A DNA stretch of 61,528 nt, the filler included. It is 7 parts of 7 records of this genome, joined end to end, with 100 filler letters (N's around TTAATTAATTAA, not from the genome) between each part and the next. Parts side by side here need not be neighbours in the genome. Positions count along the whole stretch, not along the records: positions 24,081 to 36,329 come from SRR31147125_37859; positions 36,430 to 43,451 come from SRR31147125_37923; 5 more parts are not named here. One strand, given 5' to 3'. The stretch's first letter is position 1. Each line of letters starts with the position of its first letter. Position numbers and translations under genes: made by a program. This document shows positions 32,888 to 42,918 of the stretch, one piece after another. A model generated the notes under the pieces. The model did no database searches and was not told where the DNA came from. It saw nothing but the letters and a program-made list of their open reading frames with translations.

Positions 32888-33094
32888 TGATCGCCCCGGG
32901 AATCTTCACGGGGTGTAAAATGAATGAGGGCATTTGCCCCAAAAGGAGTTGAAAACAAGATCTACTCCATTCGCGCGTAAAAAAGTTTATCAGGTATCTG
33001 TTTTTTCCCATAAAAAAGTGTTCCGCTGGCAGTGTCGTTCGAGAACTAAAGCCACAAATTATTGCTTGCCTGGGGATGGAATCCGGAGCGATCA
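32888..33094. repeat. Palindromic REPIN/MITE-like element, copy 2
   Basis: Ends TGATCGCCCCGG...CCGGAGCGATCA; internal GGGCATTTGCCC; the interior aligns along its length with copy 3. Confidence 0.85.
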
Positions 33095-34783
33095 GAGTTC
33101 GTCCCCGGTATCGCCAGGTAGATAAGAGGGAGTGGTGTTCCCGCTCATCTGCACATGCTTTGAATGAACATCTGATGCCAGCTCCACAATTTGCTTTACC
33201 TGAGACAGATCATTTCCGATCAATGTGATGCCTGAACTGTTTTCTCCTACTATTTTCAGGAATGTCCCTTCTGTGGACCGTGGTTTACTGCCGCGAACCA
33301 GAATGTCCCTGCTATTTGAGAATCGCATTAGAGCATTGTTGGGCACACCAGACAAACACGCCACACCATCCAGTTCACAGTTTTCAACATCATCCAGCAC
33401 CAATGCATGTCGCTTATCCGGGAGGGCTGTCTCAAGCCGAAGACCGGAAAGTCTGAGTCCACGTACATGCCGCGCATATAGACCGTAACCGGGTAACTCG
33501 CCCCACCACGCTGCCTGGGGATATTCATGAGCCCGCTCAGGGACTTGTCGATTAGCTACCGCTGCCTCACATCCACCCTGGTTTCGAACGAAGATGTTGC
33601 TCAACGATATATCTTGCAAAGGATGACCCGGATGACCCAACAACAAGATACCGACATTTTTGCCCCCGCCAGTGGCGACTATATTGGCGAGCGAAATGTC
33701 CCTGATAGTTCCCACAGGCCGTTTTTTGAGGGATTTGGTATCCACTATGTTGGAGTGATTAACATAACCCCGACCGCGGTCGCCTAGACGAACACACATA
33801 GGTACCTCGTATCCTTCTACGGTGATGTTATTAAGAGTAATGCGCTGCATATCTCCGCCATCCACAATGATGAGTTCGATTCCGCAAAGCCCTTCTCGTT
33901 CCTTAAAAATACGAGGTTCATTGCCCGGTACCGGCCGAACACTGCAATTACTGATTGTTACATCCCTGAATCCTCCAATTGACTCAGTCCCAAACTTGAT
34001 AGCGCTGGAACGGCTTTTAACGACACAATTATCAATCACTACACCCTGCGTTATTGAATTCGACGTACTTTTCAATGTGATGGCATCATCCGATGTAGAG
34101 AAAAAGCAATTCGAGAGAATAACATCCTTGCAGCCATCAATGTCAATGCCGTCATTATTGTGGTTGACAAAACCCCACACCCGGACACCATTCACACGAA
34201 GCCGCTCACACTCCAGGTAGTGCTGGGTCCACATGGCTGAACTGGTCAGGAATACATCTTTTACTCGTACATCACGGCAACCAATCACACGCAGCAAATA
34301 TGGTCTTAAATGATAAGGGGCTTTTTTCGGAAACGAACCGCCGTTACCATCGATAGTTCCTTCTCCTTCAATCGCAATGTGTTCTTTATCCTCTGCATAG
34401 ATTAAACTGCGCCGGGTATAGTTGTCCGTGTATGAGCGAATCGTTGGAATCTTTTCAGGATAATCCTTCAGGTTTGGACTAGCAAGCAGAATGCAGCCCT
34501 GCTCCAGATGCAGGGTTACATGGCTCTTTAGTTCGATCGTACCCGACAGCCACGTACCTGTCGGAAAAACAACTTTGCCGCCGCGGTTTTTTGCAGCGGC
34601 GTCTACGGCCTGTTGGATTGCCGCGGTGCAAAGTGTCCCGCCATCACCTATGGCACCATAGTCGGTGATGCTTATTGTACCAGAAGTATTTGCGGCCAGT
34701 ATGGTGGATTCAGGGAGTAAAAGGTTTTGAATGCCCAGGAATAAAAATATATTGACGATAATCAATCCTGTTTTTTGTATCAT
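33092..34783 (-). CDS. Glycoside hydrolase family 28 (pectin-lyase fold), secreted
   Basis: YGAIGDG, GTWLSGTIELKS, NNDGIDID, DDAITLKS and AIKFGTES motifs; signal peptide. Confidence 0.88.
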   Translation of the reverse strand: MIQKTGLIIVNIFLFLGIQNLLLPESTILAANTSGTISITDYGAIGDGGTLCTAAIQQAVDAAAKNRGGKVVFPTGTWLSGTIELKSHVTLHLEQGCILLASPNLKDYPEKIPTIRSYTDNYTRRSLIYAEDKEHIAIEGEGTIDGNGGSFPKKAPYHLRPYLLRVIGCRDVRVKDVFLTSSAMWTQHYLECERLRVNGVRVWGFVNHNNDGIDIDGCKDVILSNCFFSTSDDAITLKSTSNSITQGVVIDNCVVKSRSSAIKFGTESIGGFRDVTISNCSVRPVPGNEPRIFKEREGLCGIELIIVDGGDMQRITLNNITVEGYEVPMCVRLGDRGRGYVNHSNIVDTKSLKKRPVGTIRDISLANIVATGGGKNVGILLLGHPGHPLQDISLSNIFVRNQGGCEAAVANRQVPERAHEYPQAAWWGELPGYGLYARHVRGLRLSGLRLETALPDKRHALVLDDVENCELDGVACLSGVPNNALMRFSNSRDILVRGSKPRSTEGTFLKIVGENSSGITLIGNDLSQVKQIVELASDVHSKHVQMSGNTTPSYLPGDTGDEL

Positions 34784-34982
34784 TGTCTTTCCTGTTTATT
34801 GTTAATAAAATTTCCTTCCTTTTCATGCGAGAGTATGGATGGGAAGAACACTAAACTTGAATCAGTGACTATATAATAAAATTGAAATTTTAATGAAAAG
34901 GATATTCAATTGTTGTATAATAACAAATATAACGCTTATATTAAACTAAAATTTTTATCTTAATTCCTACCATTTATTGCTC

Positions 34983-35172
34983 TGATCGCCCCGAACATCC
35001 TTCCGGGGTGTAGAATGGATGAGGGCATCCGCCCTAAAGGATATTGAAACCAGGATTTACTTTAATCGTGCGCAATAAAGTTAATCAGGTAACTGTTTTT
35101 TTCTATTATAAAGTGTTCCATTGGCAGTGTCGTTCGAAGGCTAAAGCCCACATTTATTGCCCCGAGCGATCA
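34983..35172. repeat. Palindromic REPIN/MITE-like element, copy 3
   Basis: Ends TGATCGCCCCG...CCCGAGCGATCA; internal AGGGCATCCGCCCT and GGCTAAAGCC hairpins; lacks about 18 nt near the right end relative to copy 2. Confidence 0.85.
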
Positions 35173-35185
35173 GAAGGAGACAATC

Positions 35186-36329
35186 ATGAATCGAAGACTT
35201 TTTCTCAAAACAACGCTAAAATACACATCGGCGCTTTCCGGTTTGAGCTTGATAAATAATTGTTCCCGGCCAGGACGTAAACCAAATATTATTCTTATTA
35301 TGGCTGATGATCTTGGTTATGGTGATCTGGGATGTTTTGGTAATACATACATTAAAACACCTTTTATCGATGCTCTGGCATCGGCCGGTTTAACCTTTAC
35401 GGATTTTCATTCCAATTGTCCTGTGTGTTCCCCAACCCGCGCCGCATTGCTGACCGGTCGATATCAGCAACGGGCTGGTATTGAAGGTGTGGTTACGGCT
35501 TTGAATCATCGTGATGTTGGCCTGGAGATAAAAGAGGTCACCTTTGCTGAACTTTTGCAAAAAGAGGGTTATGAAACCGCATTATTTGGTAAATGGCATG
35601 TGGGGTATGATAAAAAATATAATCCTGTTCACCAGGGATTCGATGAATTTAAAGGCTATGTGAGCGGCAATGTAGATTACGTATCCCATATTGATCAGGT
35701 TGGAATTGAGGATTGGTGGAATCAGGACAAATTGACTCCTGAGACCGGCTATGTGACAGAACTTATATCTGACTATGGTGTCGATTTTATAAAACGCCAT
35801 AAACACCAATCCTTTTGCCTTTATCTGGCACATGAGAGTCCGCATTATCCCTACCAGGGACCGGATGACCCACCTGATCGTACTGTTGGTGATCCCCAAC
35901 CAGTCAGGGGAAGTCGCACAGATCAGAAAGGCGCTTACAATGAGATGATTGAATCCATGGACAAAGGAGTCGGCAAAATTGTCAAAACAGTGAAAGAACT
36001 GGGTTTAGAAAAGGATACATTCTTGTTTTTTGCTCTGATAATGGTCCTATTGGTCCAGGTTCTGCGGGTCCATTAAGAGGCCATAAAGGAACCTTGTGGG
36101 AGGGTGGAACACGCGTACCCGCCATAGCCTGCTGGCCTGGAAAAATTACACCCCAATCCAAAACAGATGAAATTGTGTTGAGTATGGATCTATTTCCAAC
36201 CATATTATCCCTTGCCGGAGGCAAAATTCCAGCAGAATTAAAATTGGATGGAGTCAATTTTTCAGATATGTTATTTAACAGGGCCAGGTTGCCGGAACGC
36301 ACTCTTTTCTGGCGTTTTCGCCAGAAAAA
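35186..36329 (+). CDS. Cys-type sulfatase with Tat/lipoprotein-like signal; frameshift near 36030; 3' truncated
   Basis: RRLFLK, PNIILIMADDLGYGD, CSPTRAALLTGRY and GKWH. One extra T restores FCSDNG...LWEGGTRVP. Confidence 0.92.
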
Positions 36330-36429
36330 NNNNNNNNNNNNNNNNNNNNNNNNNNNNNNNNNNNNNNNNNNNNTTAATTAATTAANNNNNNNNNNNNNNN
36401 NNNNNNNNNNNNNNNNNNNNNNNNNNNNN
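36330..36429. other. Artificial contig-joining spacer
   Basis: N44-TTAATTAATTAA-N44. Confidence 0.98.
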
Positions 36430-36470
36430 GGCGTCGCTCGAAGCGACACCGTCGGTGGGGACACGCTAAT

Positions 36471-38420
36471 CTACTTCTTCGAAATAATAGCAACCCAACC
36501 ACCGCCGGGAGCCATTTTAGCTTTTACTTTGCTTGCTGATGTTACTTCCAGCGTTTCTTGAGCAAAATCGGCAGCGTGTTTATCGGCGTTTAATCCGTCT
36601 TTCCACACTTTCATGGTGTATTTTCCATCGTCTAAAAAGTCGAGGTTCAATTCCAAAGTTCGTGGATCCCAGTCGGTCATTGCGCCAATATACCAGGTAT
36701 CTCCCGAGCGGCGTGCCACAGCAATGTAGTCGCTAACTTTTGCTTCTAAAACTTTTGTATCATCCCAAACCGAAGGTACTGGAGCAAGAAACTCCATACA
36801 TTCCGGTTCGCGATAATAGTTTGAAGGATTATCGGCTAACATCTGCAAAGGGCTTTCAAAAATGGGGTACATTGCCAATTGATGACAACGTGTTCCGGCA
36901 CTCATTGGCTCGGTAAATACTATACTAAAATTTTCTTTAGTGGCATTAATCATTGCTCCCGGAGTAAAATCCATTGCACCGGCAACCATTCGCGTAAACG
37001 GCAGAGTAACATCGTGTTCCGGATTGGGCGTTTCACTCCACTTGGCATTTTCCATACCTTTTACTCCTTCGTACGAAATTACATTCGGGTAAGCGCGGTC
37101 TAAACCACTTGGTTTGTATGCTCCGTGGAAATCAACCAGCAATTCGCGTTTGGCACATTCAACGGCAATTTTTTCGTAAAAATTCACCATCCACTGGTCG
37201 TCGCGCTGCATAAAGTCAATTTTAATACCCTTTACGCCCCACTTATGAAATTGGTCGAGCGCTTCTTCCAGTTTTTCATCAAGCGTTTTCCAAACTACCC
37301 AAAGAATAATCTCTACATTCTTTTCTTTTCCATAATCCACTAATTCCTGAATATCAATGTCTTTTTCAAGTTTCATTATATCGCCAAGCACATACCATCC
37401 TTCATCCAGAATAATATATTCCAAACCATATTTCGAAGCAAAATCGATGTAATATTTGTAAGTCTGTGTATTTACTCCGGCCTCGAAATCAACACCGTAA
37501 ATATTATTGGCATTCCACCAGTCCCAGGCAACTTTACCGGGCTTAATCCAGTCGGTATTTTCAATTTTACACTCGGGAGCCAGTTTGTAAATCAGCTCGC
37601 TTTGTACCAGGTCGGCATCGTTTTCGGAAATAAGTATTGCACGCCACGGAAATTCACGCGGGCCGTTGCATTCAGCAATATAATCGGCATATTTTGTTGG
37701 CTTAACATCGCGGTCGGTTAATTGCTTTTCTTCCAAAACAACACCCGCAAATTTACCTACCAAATCGGTTTCACTTTTTCCGCATCCACGCAAAAACATT
37801 CCTGCATAATCCATCAGGTTCGATTCCGAAATGTAGGTTTTCACACCATTACCACAATCAACCAAAAGGCCGGTTGATGCAAAGCGTTTAGGAGTAATAT
37901 CAGAAAGTTTTACACGTAAATAATCACGTTCCTGGTGCGAAAACAGACTTTCTTCTTCGGGGAACCAAACACCGTGATTGCCCGGAAATGAAAACCTTGC
38001 CTGTTCGCTTTTCACTTTGTATTCTCCATCTTTTGCCGAAATCCAACGATAAGCAGCACCTTCGTCGTAGGCTCTGAATTGCAAAGAGTAGCCTTTAAAC
38101 GAAAGTGTAAGTTGCTTGTATTCATCTTGAATTTTAGCATATTTTCGCTGAACAACCGGAGTAAGTTCCTGTGAAACAGCGATAGTTTTTGCTTTTCTAA
38201 CTTTGGCATTTTTGCCCCAAACTGTTCCATCGACCAACTCCATAGAAATTGCTGATGGGCAAATAATTTCAGTTCCATTCAATAAAACCGAATAAGTAAT
38301 TGCCTCTTCAACTGCCACTTTTACTTTTATTTTTCCCGAAGGAGATTCAAGCGAGTACTCTTTTGCTGAGAGAGAAAGAAATAAACTCATAATTAAGGCC
38401 AATACAGATATTTTCTTCAT
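36471..38420 (-). CDS. Glycoside hydrolase family 97
   Basis: WIKPGKVAWDWW, YIDFAS..GLEYIILDEGW, GVKGIKIDF, YEGVKGME and PFTRMVAGAMDFTPG motifs. Confidence 0.93.
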   Translation of the reverse strand: MKKISVLALIMSLFLSLSAKEYSLESPSGKIKVKVAVEEAITYSVLLNGTEIICPSAISMELVDGTVWGKNAKVRKAKTIAVSQELTPVVQRKYAKIQDEYKQLTLSFKGYSLQFRAYDEGAAYRWISAKDGEYKVKSEQARFSFPGNHGVWFPEEESLFSHQERDYLRVKLSDITPKRFASTGLLVDCGNGVKTYISESNLMDYAGMFLRGCGKSETDLVGKFAGVVLEEKQLTDRDVKPTKYADYIAECNGPREFPWRAILISENDADLVQSELIYKLAPECKIENTDWIKPGKVAWDWWNANNIYGVDFEAGVNTQTYKYYIDFASKYGLEYIILDEGWYVLGDIMKLEKDIDIQELVDYGKEKNVEIILWVVWKTLDEKLEEALDQFHKWGVKGIKIDFMQRDDQWMVNFYEKIAVECAKRELLVDFHGAYKPSGLDRAYPNVISYEGVKGMENAKWSETPNPEHDVTLPFTRMVAGAMDFTPGAMINATKENFSIVFTEPMSAGTRCHQLAMYPIFESPLQMLADNPSNYYREPECMEFLAPVPSVWDDTKVLEAKVSDYIAVARRSGDTWYIGAMTDWDPRTLELNLDFLDDGKYTMKVWKDGLNADKHAADFAQETLEVTSASKVKAKMAPGGGWVAIISKK

Positions 38421-38555
38421 AATCGATAGTTTTAGTTTCTAAAATTACAAATAATTTCCAGCGCAATGCTTTCACAAATGTTTTGTTTCCTATTAACAAG
38501 GATGCATAAAATTAATTTTATACCTAACTTACAGTAGAATTTTAAAGCTCTAATT

Positions 38556-39282
38556 ATGAAAAGCCTATTCACCTTTTTCGCCATGTTAATTGTTACAATC
38601 AATTTGTATGCAAGCGATTTTAAAAAAGACCAATTCAAAACTAAGAAAGGAAACTCAAATTACTTTTATTGCACACGGAACTTTAATGATGGAGTTTGAT
38701 GGGAAAATAATTCATATCGACCCGGTTTCGTGGTATGCCGATTATGCAAGCATGCCCAAAGCAGATTTAATTATAATTACACACGAACATGGCGACCACC
38801 TTGATGCAAAGGCAATTGATGCCATTAAAAAAGACGGAACAGAGTTGATTTTAGCCGAAATTTGTAATACAAAATACGCAGGAACCGCTACTTTAAAAAA
38901 CGGTGAATCGGGCACTTTTGCAGGAATAAAAATTGATGCTGTACCTGCTTATAACATTAAACACGAACGCGCTCCGGGCAAACCATTTCACCCAAAAGGA
39001 AACGGCAATGGTTATGTAATTTATTTTGGCGATAAAAAAGTTTATGTAGCCGGCGACACCGAAAATATTCCGGAAATGGCCGAATTGAAAGATATTGACA
39101 TTGCTTTTCTGCCTATGAATTTACCTTACACAATGACTCCTGAAATGGTTGCTGACGCAGCAAAAATGTTCAGTCCAAAAATTTTATATCCTTATCATTT
39201 TGGAGAAACAAATACCGATGAGTTGGTGGAGTTAATGAAAAACCAAAATAAAACTGAAGTTAGAATACGGAAATTAAATTAA
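38556..39282 (+). CDS. Exported MBL-fold metallo-hydrolase, frameshift near 38655
   Basis: Signal peptide from the ATG at 38556 (MKSLFTFFAMLIV..ASD); main frame has THEHGDH, AGDTE, LPYTM and YPYH. Confidence 0.85.
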
Positions 39283-39971
39283 CCCACATTACTAATTTTA
39301 AGTAACATATCCAGGTTCAGCAGTTTTATGTCTTTCCCTTCGGTTTCAATTAGTCCGTCGTCTTTAAAATCTTTCATCACCCGCACCACACTTTCGGTCG
39401 ACATGCCTGTTAATTCGGCAAGATCGGAACGAGTTAAAGGCAAATTAAATTTTTCGGTTTTAAAAATTCGTTGCGAAAGGCAAAGTAAAATATCGGCTAA
39501 ACGGCCATGCATTTGCTTATTGGTTAGGCAAAAGAAGCGTCCGTATGTTTGTACCGTATTTTCGTTTAATGTATTAATTACCCGGTAGGCAAATTGTGCA
39601 TTTTCTTTAATTAATTGTTTAAAAAGTTCTATATCTAATAACTCTACTTCCGAGTCGATATAGGCCGAAGCAGAATACAAAAAAGTATTGTTCCCATCGT
39701 AGATACTGGGCAGGCCAATTAAACTATTTGGTGGGGTAATTTTTAAGATCAGATTTTTGGGTTGGCCCTCAAGATAAACCTTAACAAGCCCCGCTTTTAG
39801 AAAAATAATATGCGACGCAAAAGAACCCTGTTTGCAAACGTTTTCCCCTTTTCGGTACGACAAAGTAACTTTGCTCTCATCAATTCTTTTCTGCTGTTCT
39901 TCGTTTAGTTCGTTAAAACAAGAAACCTTGTTATTAATAACAGTACAAGTATTAGAATAGTTATTTCCCAT
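39279..39971 (-). CDS. Crp/Fnr family transcriptional regulator
   Basis: cNMP-like domain plus HTH LPLTRSDLAELTGMSTESVVR; divergent from the otr operon. Confidence 0.92.
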   Translation of the reverse strand: MGNNYSNTCTVINNKVSCFNELNEEQQKRIDESKVTLSYRKGENVCKQGSFASHIIFLKAGLVKVYLEGQPKNLILKITPPNSLIGLPSIYDGNNTFLYSASAYIDSEVELLDIELFKQLIKENAQFAYRVINTLNENTVQTYGRFFCLTNKQMHGRLADILLCLSQRIFKTEKFNLPLTRSDLAELTGMSTESVVRVMKDFKDDGLIETEGKDIKLLNLDMLLKISNVG

Positions 39972-40028
39972 GCTTTCAAATTTAGCGAGTTATTTTTATA
40001 AGACCATGTGTTAAAGTCATATAAAATA

Positions 40029-40063
40029 TTGATATAGGTCAATTTTTCTTCGACAAAGATCAA
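40029..40063. promoter_or_regulatory. Two Fnr-box-like sites between the regulator and otr
   Basis: TTGAT-ATAG-GTCAA (40029-42) and TCGAC-AAAG-ATCAA (40050-63) against TTGAT-N4-ATCAA. Confidence 0.6.
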
Positions 40064-40152
40064 CGAAAACCACATTTTAATAGGACAGAAAAAACAAGGA
40101 AATGTTCACACGAGCAATAATTTTGTATGGTGCAATCAGACCATATTACGTT

Positions 40153-41745
40153 ATGAAGAAACCAATCTTACTCTTTCTGCTTTCGTTTCTGTTTTCGGCA
40201 GTATTATTTGGCCAGGAAATAGAAGAAGAACAACTAACGGAAGAAACCCGGATAAAAATTCAGAATTATATTTGGAAAAGTGAACGGCCAACAACGCCAC
40301 AATCTGACCATAGTAGTTTTGAAGTATTACAACAAGACTTTGAAAATGGGCACGAAGTAACAGAGGCTTGTATTTCGTGCCACACCAAACGCGACGAAGA
40401 AATAATGGCAACCAGCCACTGGAATTGGGAGCGCACCGAGGAGTTGGAAGGAAGAGGAGCCGTTCCGGTAGGAAAGAAAAATATTCTGAATAACTTTTGT
40501 ATTGGAGTATCGGCTAGTGAAGCAACCTGTACACGTTGCCACATTGGTTACGGATGGCAAGATAAAAGCTTTGATTTTAGCGACCCGAAAAACATAGACT
40601 GTCTGGTTTGCCACGATAATTCGGGCACTTATAAAAAAGGGAAAGGAATGGCCGGCCATCCCGATCCTTCGGTAGATTTATCGTATGTGGCTCAAAATGT
40701 TGGACAACCGAAACGTGAAAATTGTGGTATTTGCCATTTTTGGGGCGGCGGCGGAAACAATGTAAAACATGGCGATTTGGAAATTGCTTTGCTCGATGGT
40801 TCGAAAAAATTGGATGTACACATGGCAATTGAAGGTGAAGACATGAGTTGCGTTGCTTGTCATACTACAGAAAACCACCAAATGGCAGGAAAACTTTACG
40901 CATTATCTTCTGAAAATAAAGACCGTGCAACTTGCGAACAATGCCATACCGGTGAGCCCCATGCCGATAAACTGATTAACGACCATAATATGCGTGTAGC
41001 TTGTCAGACCTGCCATATACCAACTTATGCAAAAGCCAACGGCACAAAAATGGTTTGGGACTGGTCTACTGCCGGAATTCTCGATGAAGATGGACACCCA
41101 AAACATGAAAGCGATGCCGATGGTAATCACAACTACTTGTCGATAAAAGGAACTTTTGTATACGACGACAATGTTACACCTGAATATTTCTGGTTTAATG
41201 GTTTAGCTGATCATCAGTTAATAACAGATAAAATTGATACCATTCCGGTACAAATGAACTCTCTCGATGGAGCTTATGCTGATAAAGGTGCCCGCAAAAA
41301 AACAGATATCCCTTCAAAAATATGGCCTGTTAAAGTTCATCGTGGAAAACAAATTTACGACACAGATAATATGACTCTTGTTCAACCCAAACTGTGGGCA
41401 CCAACCGAGGGCGACAGTGCGTATTGGGTAGATTTCGACTGGAACGAGGCTGCAATTGCAGGCATGAGTTATCTGAATTTACCATACAGTGGAAATTACG
41501 ATTTCGTTGAAACGGAAATGTACTGGCCGCTTAACCACATGGTAGCACCCAAAGAACAGTCGTTAACTTGCAAAGATTGTCACACGCGAAATAATGGCCG
41601 GCTGGCAGGCCTCGACGATTTCTATCTTCCGGGACGCGATAAAAGTGCAGCGCTTGATGGAATTGGGATTGCGCTGGTATTAATTGCCGGGCTGGGAGTT
41701 TTAATTCATGGTTCGATGCGAATTTTTGCTACAAAGAAAAGTTAA
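40153..41745 (+). CDS. otr: Octaheme c-type cytochrome, tetrathionate reductase (Otr) family, with C-terminal membrane anchor
   Basis: Eight CxxCH (CISCH, CTRCH, CLVCH, CGICH, CVACH, CEQCH, CQTCH, CKDCH), GKKNILNNFC, GGGGNNVKHGD and NHMVAPKE. Signal peptide from MKKPILL; hydrophobic C-terminus. Confidence 0.88.
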   Translation: MKKPILLFLLSFLFSAVLFGQEIEEEQLTEETRIKIQNYIWKSERPTTPQSDHSSFEVLQQDFENGHEVTEACISCHTKRDEEIMATSHWNWERTEELEGRGAVPVGKKNILNNFCIGVSASEATCTRCHIGYGWQDKSFDFSDPKNIDCLVCHDNSGTYKKGKGMAGHPDPSVDLSYVAQNVGQPKRENCGICHFWGGGGNNVKHGDLEIALLDGSKKLDVHMAIEGEDMSCVACHTTENHQMAGKLYALSSENKDRATCEQCHTGEPHADKLINDHNMRVACQTCHIPTYAKANGTKMVWDWSTAGILDEDGHPKHESDADGNHNYLSIKGTFVYDDNVTPEYFWFNGLADHQLITDKIDTIPVQMNSLDGAYADKGARKKTDIPSKIWPVKVHRGKQIYDTDNMTLVQPKLWAPTEGDSAYWVDFDWNEAAIAGMSYLNLPYSGNYDFVETEMYWPLNHMVAPKEQSLTCKDCHTRNNGRLAGLDDFYLPGRDKSAALDGIGIALVLIAGLGVLIHGSMRIFATKKS

Positions 41746-41761
41746 GCTAAAAGCTATTATT

Positions 41762-42913
41762 ATGAAAAAAGTATATATCTACACCCTTTTCAACCGGTTT
41801 TGGCACTGGACACAAGCCATACTTATTTTTATTCTGATAATAACCGGTTTCGAAGTTCACAGCACATACAATTTATTGGGATACGAAGCAGCAGTTAAAA
41901 TTCACAATGTTACTGCATGGGCATTTTTAGTGCTTATTGTATCTGCAATTTTTTGGCATTTCTCAACCGGAGAATGGCGCCAATATATTCCCACAACTAA
42001 AATGATGAAGGAGCAAATAAGTTACTACTTAACAGGCATTTTTAAAGGAGCTCCACATCCAACAATGAAACTGGTTTACAACAAATTTAATCCGCTTCAA
42101 CGTATGGTTTATCTCGGGTTAAAAATATTGGTAATTCCCGTACAAGTAATTTCCGGCTTTTTATACCTGTATTTCAACTACCCGTTCGGAGGCATAGAAC
42201 TCGATAGTTTACAGTGGGTAGCCTATATTCATACCATTGGAGCATTTGGGTTAATGGCATTTGTTATTGCTCATATGTATTTAACTACCACCGGGCATAA
42301 ACCACTTTCGGCAATGAAAGCAATGGTAAGCGGTTGGGAAGAATTAGATGATGAAACCATACACGAACGAATGGTTAGCGACATTGAGGAGGCGTTGCTA
42401 AAAACAAAATCGCAATTTAAAGCCGACGAGAATAAAAGCGAAATTCTTAACAATGCACTGTTTGCAGCTCAAAATAATGTAGGCGCAAATATAAATTCAA
42501 AAGATAATCGTTTTCGCGATGCACTCACCTCTAGTGGAGTTGGCTATTTCTGCATTTCTAATGAAGGAATATATCGTGATGTTAACGAAGCCTGGATAAA
42601 ATTGTACAAATACGAATCGAAAGACGAAATTCTGGGTAAACATTATAAACTAAGCCGCACTGAAGAAGATTTTGTGGAGTTGGAGAAAACAGTATCCAGA
42701 GTACTGAACGGCGAAACATTAAACCACGGAGAAGTTAAGCGTATTTGTAAAGATGGCAGCTTTGGATATCACACTTTAACCATTTCGCCGGTAGTTGCGG
42801 ATAAACAAATATCGGGGTTCGAAGGTTTTATTATTGATACTACCGACAAACGTTTGGCAGAAAAAGAATTACTTAAAAAGAAAATAAGAATAGAAGAAGA
42901 ACTTAAAAATTAA
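41762..42913 (+). CDS. Membrane cytochrome b (Ni/Fe-hydrogenase/PhsC-type) fused to a C-terminal PAS/PAC domain
   Basis: Four TM helices with His ligands (FWHW, KIHN, YIHT, IAHMY) and KFNPLQR. Then a PAS region VNEAW...DEILGK...CKDGS...DTTDKRLAE, in one uninterrupted frame. Confidence 0.85.
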   Translation: MKKVYIYTLFNRFWHWTQAILIFILIITGFEVHSTYNLLGYEAAVKIHNVTAWAFLVLIVSAIFWHFSTGEWRQYIPTTKMMKEQISYYLTGIFKGAPHPTMKLVYNKFNPLQRMVYLGLKILVIPVQVISGFLYLYFNYPFGGIELDSLQWVAYIHTIGAFGLMAFVIAHMYLTTTGHKPLSAMKAMVSGWEELDDETIHERMVSDIEEALLKTKSQFKADENKSEILNNALFAAQNNVGANINSKDNRFRDALTSSGVGYFCISNEGIYRDVNEAWIKLYKYESKDEILGKHYKLSRTEEDFVELEKTVSRVLNGETLNHGEVKRICKDGSFGYHTLTISPVVADKQISGFEGFIIDTTDKRLAEKELLKKKIRIEEELKN

Positions 42914-42918
42914 GTATC

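Noticed and set aside
32600-33125. Short ORFs over the palindromic elements, and the similar peptide at 35044-35259
   Set aside because: The peptide similarity follows from the DNA repeat; starts and stops are not conserved between copies.
36430-36470. GC-rich hairpin GTCGCTCGAAGCGAC at the contig start
   Set aside because: Could be a REP or terminator fragment, but it is truncated and single-copy here.
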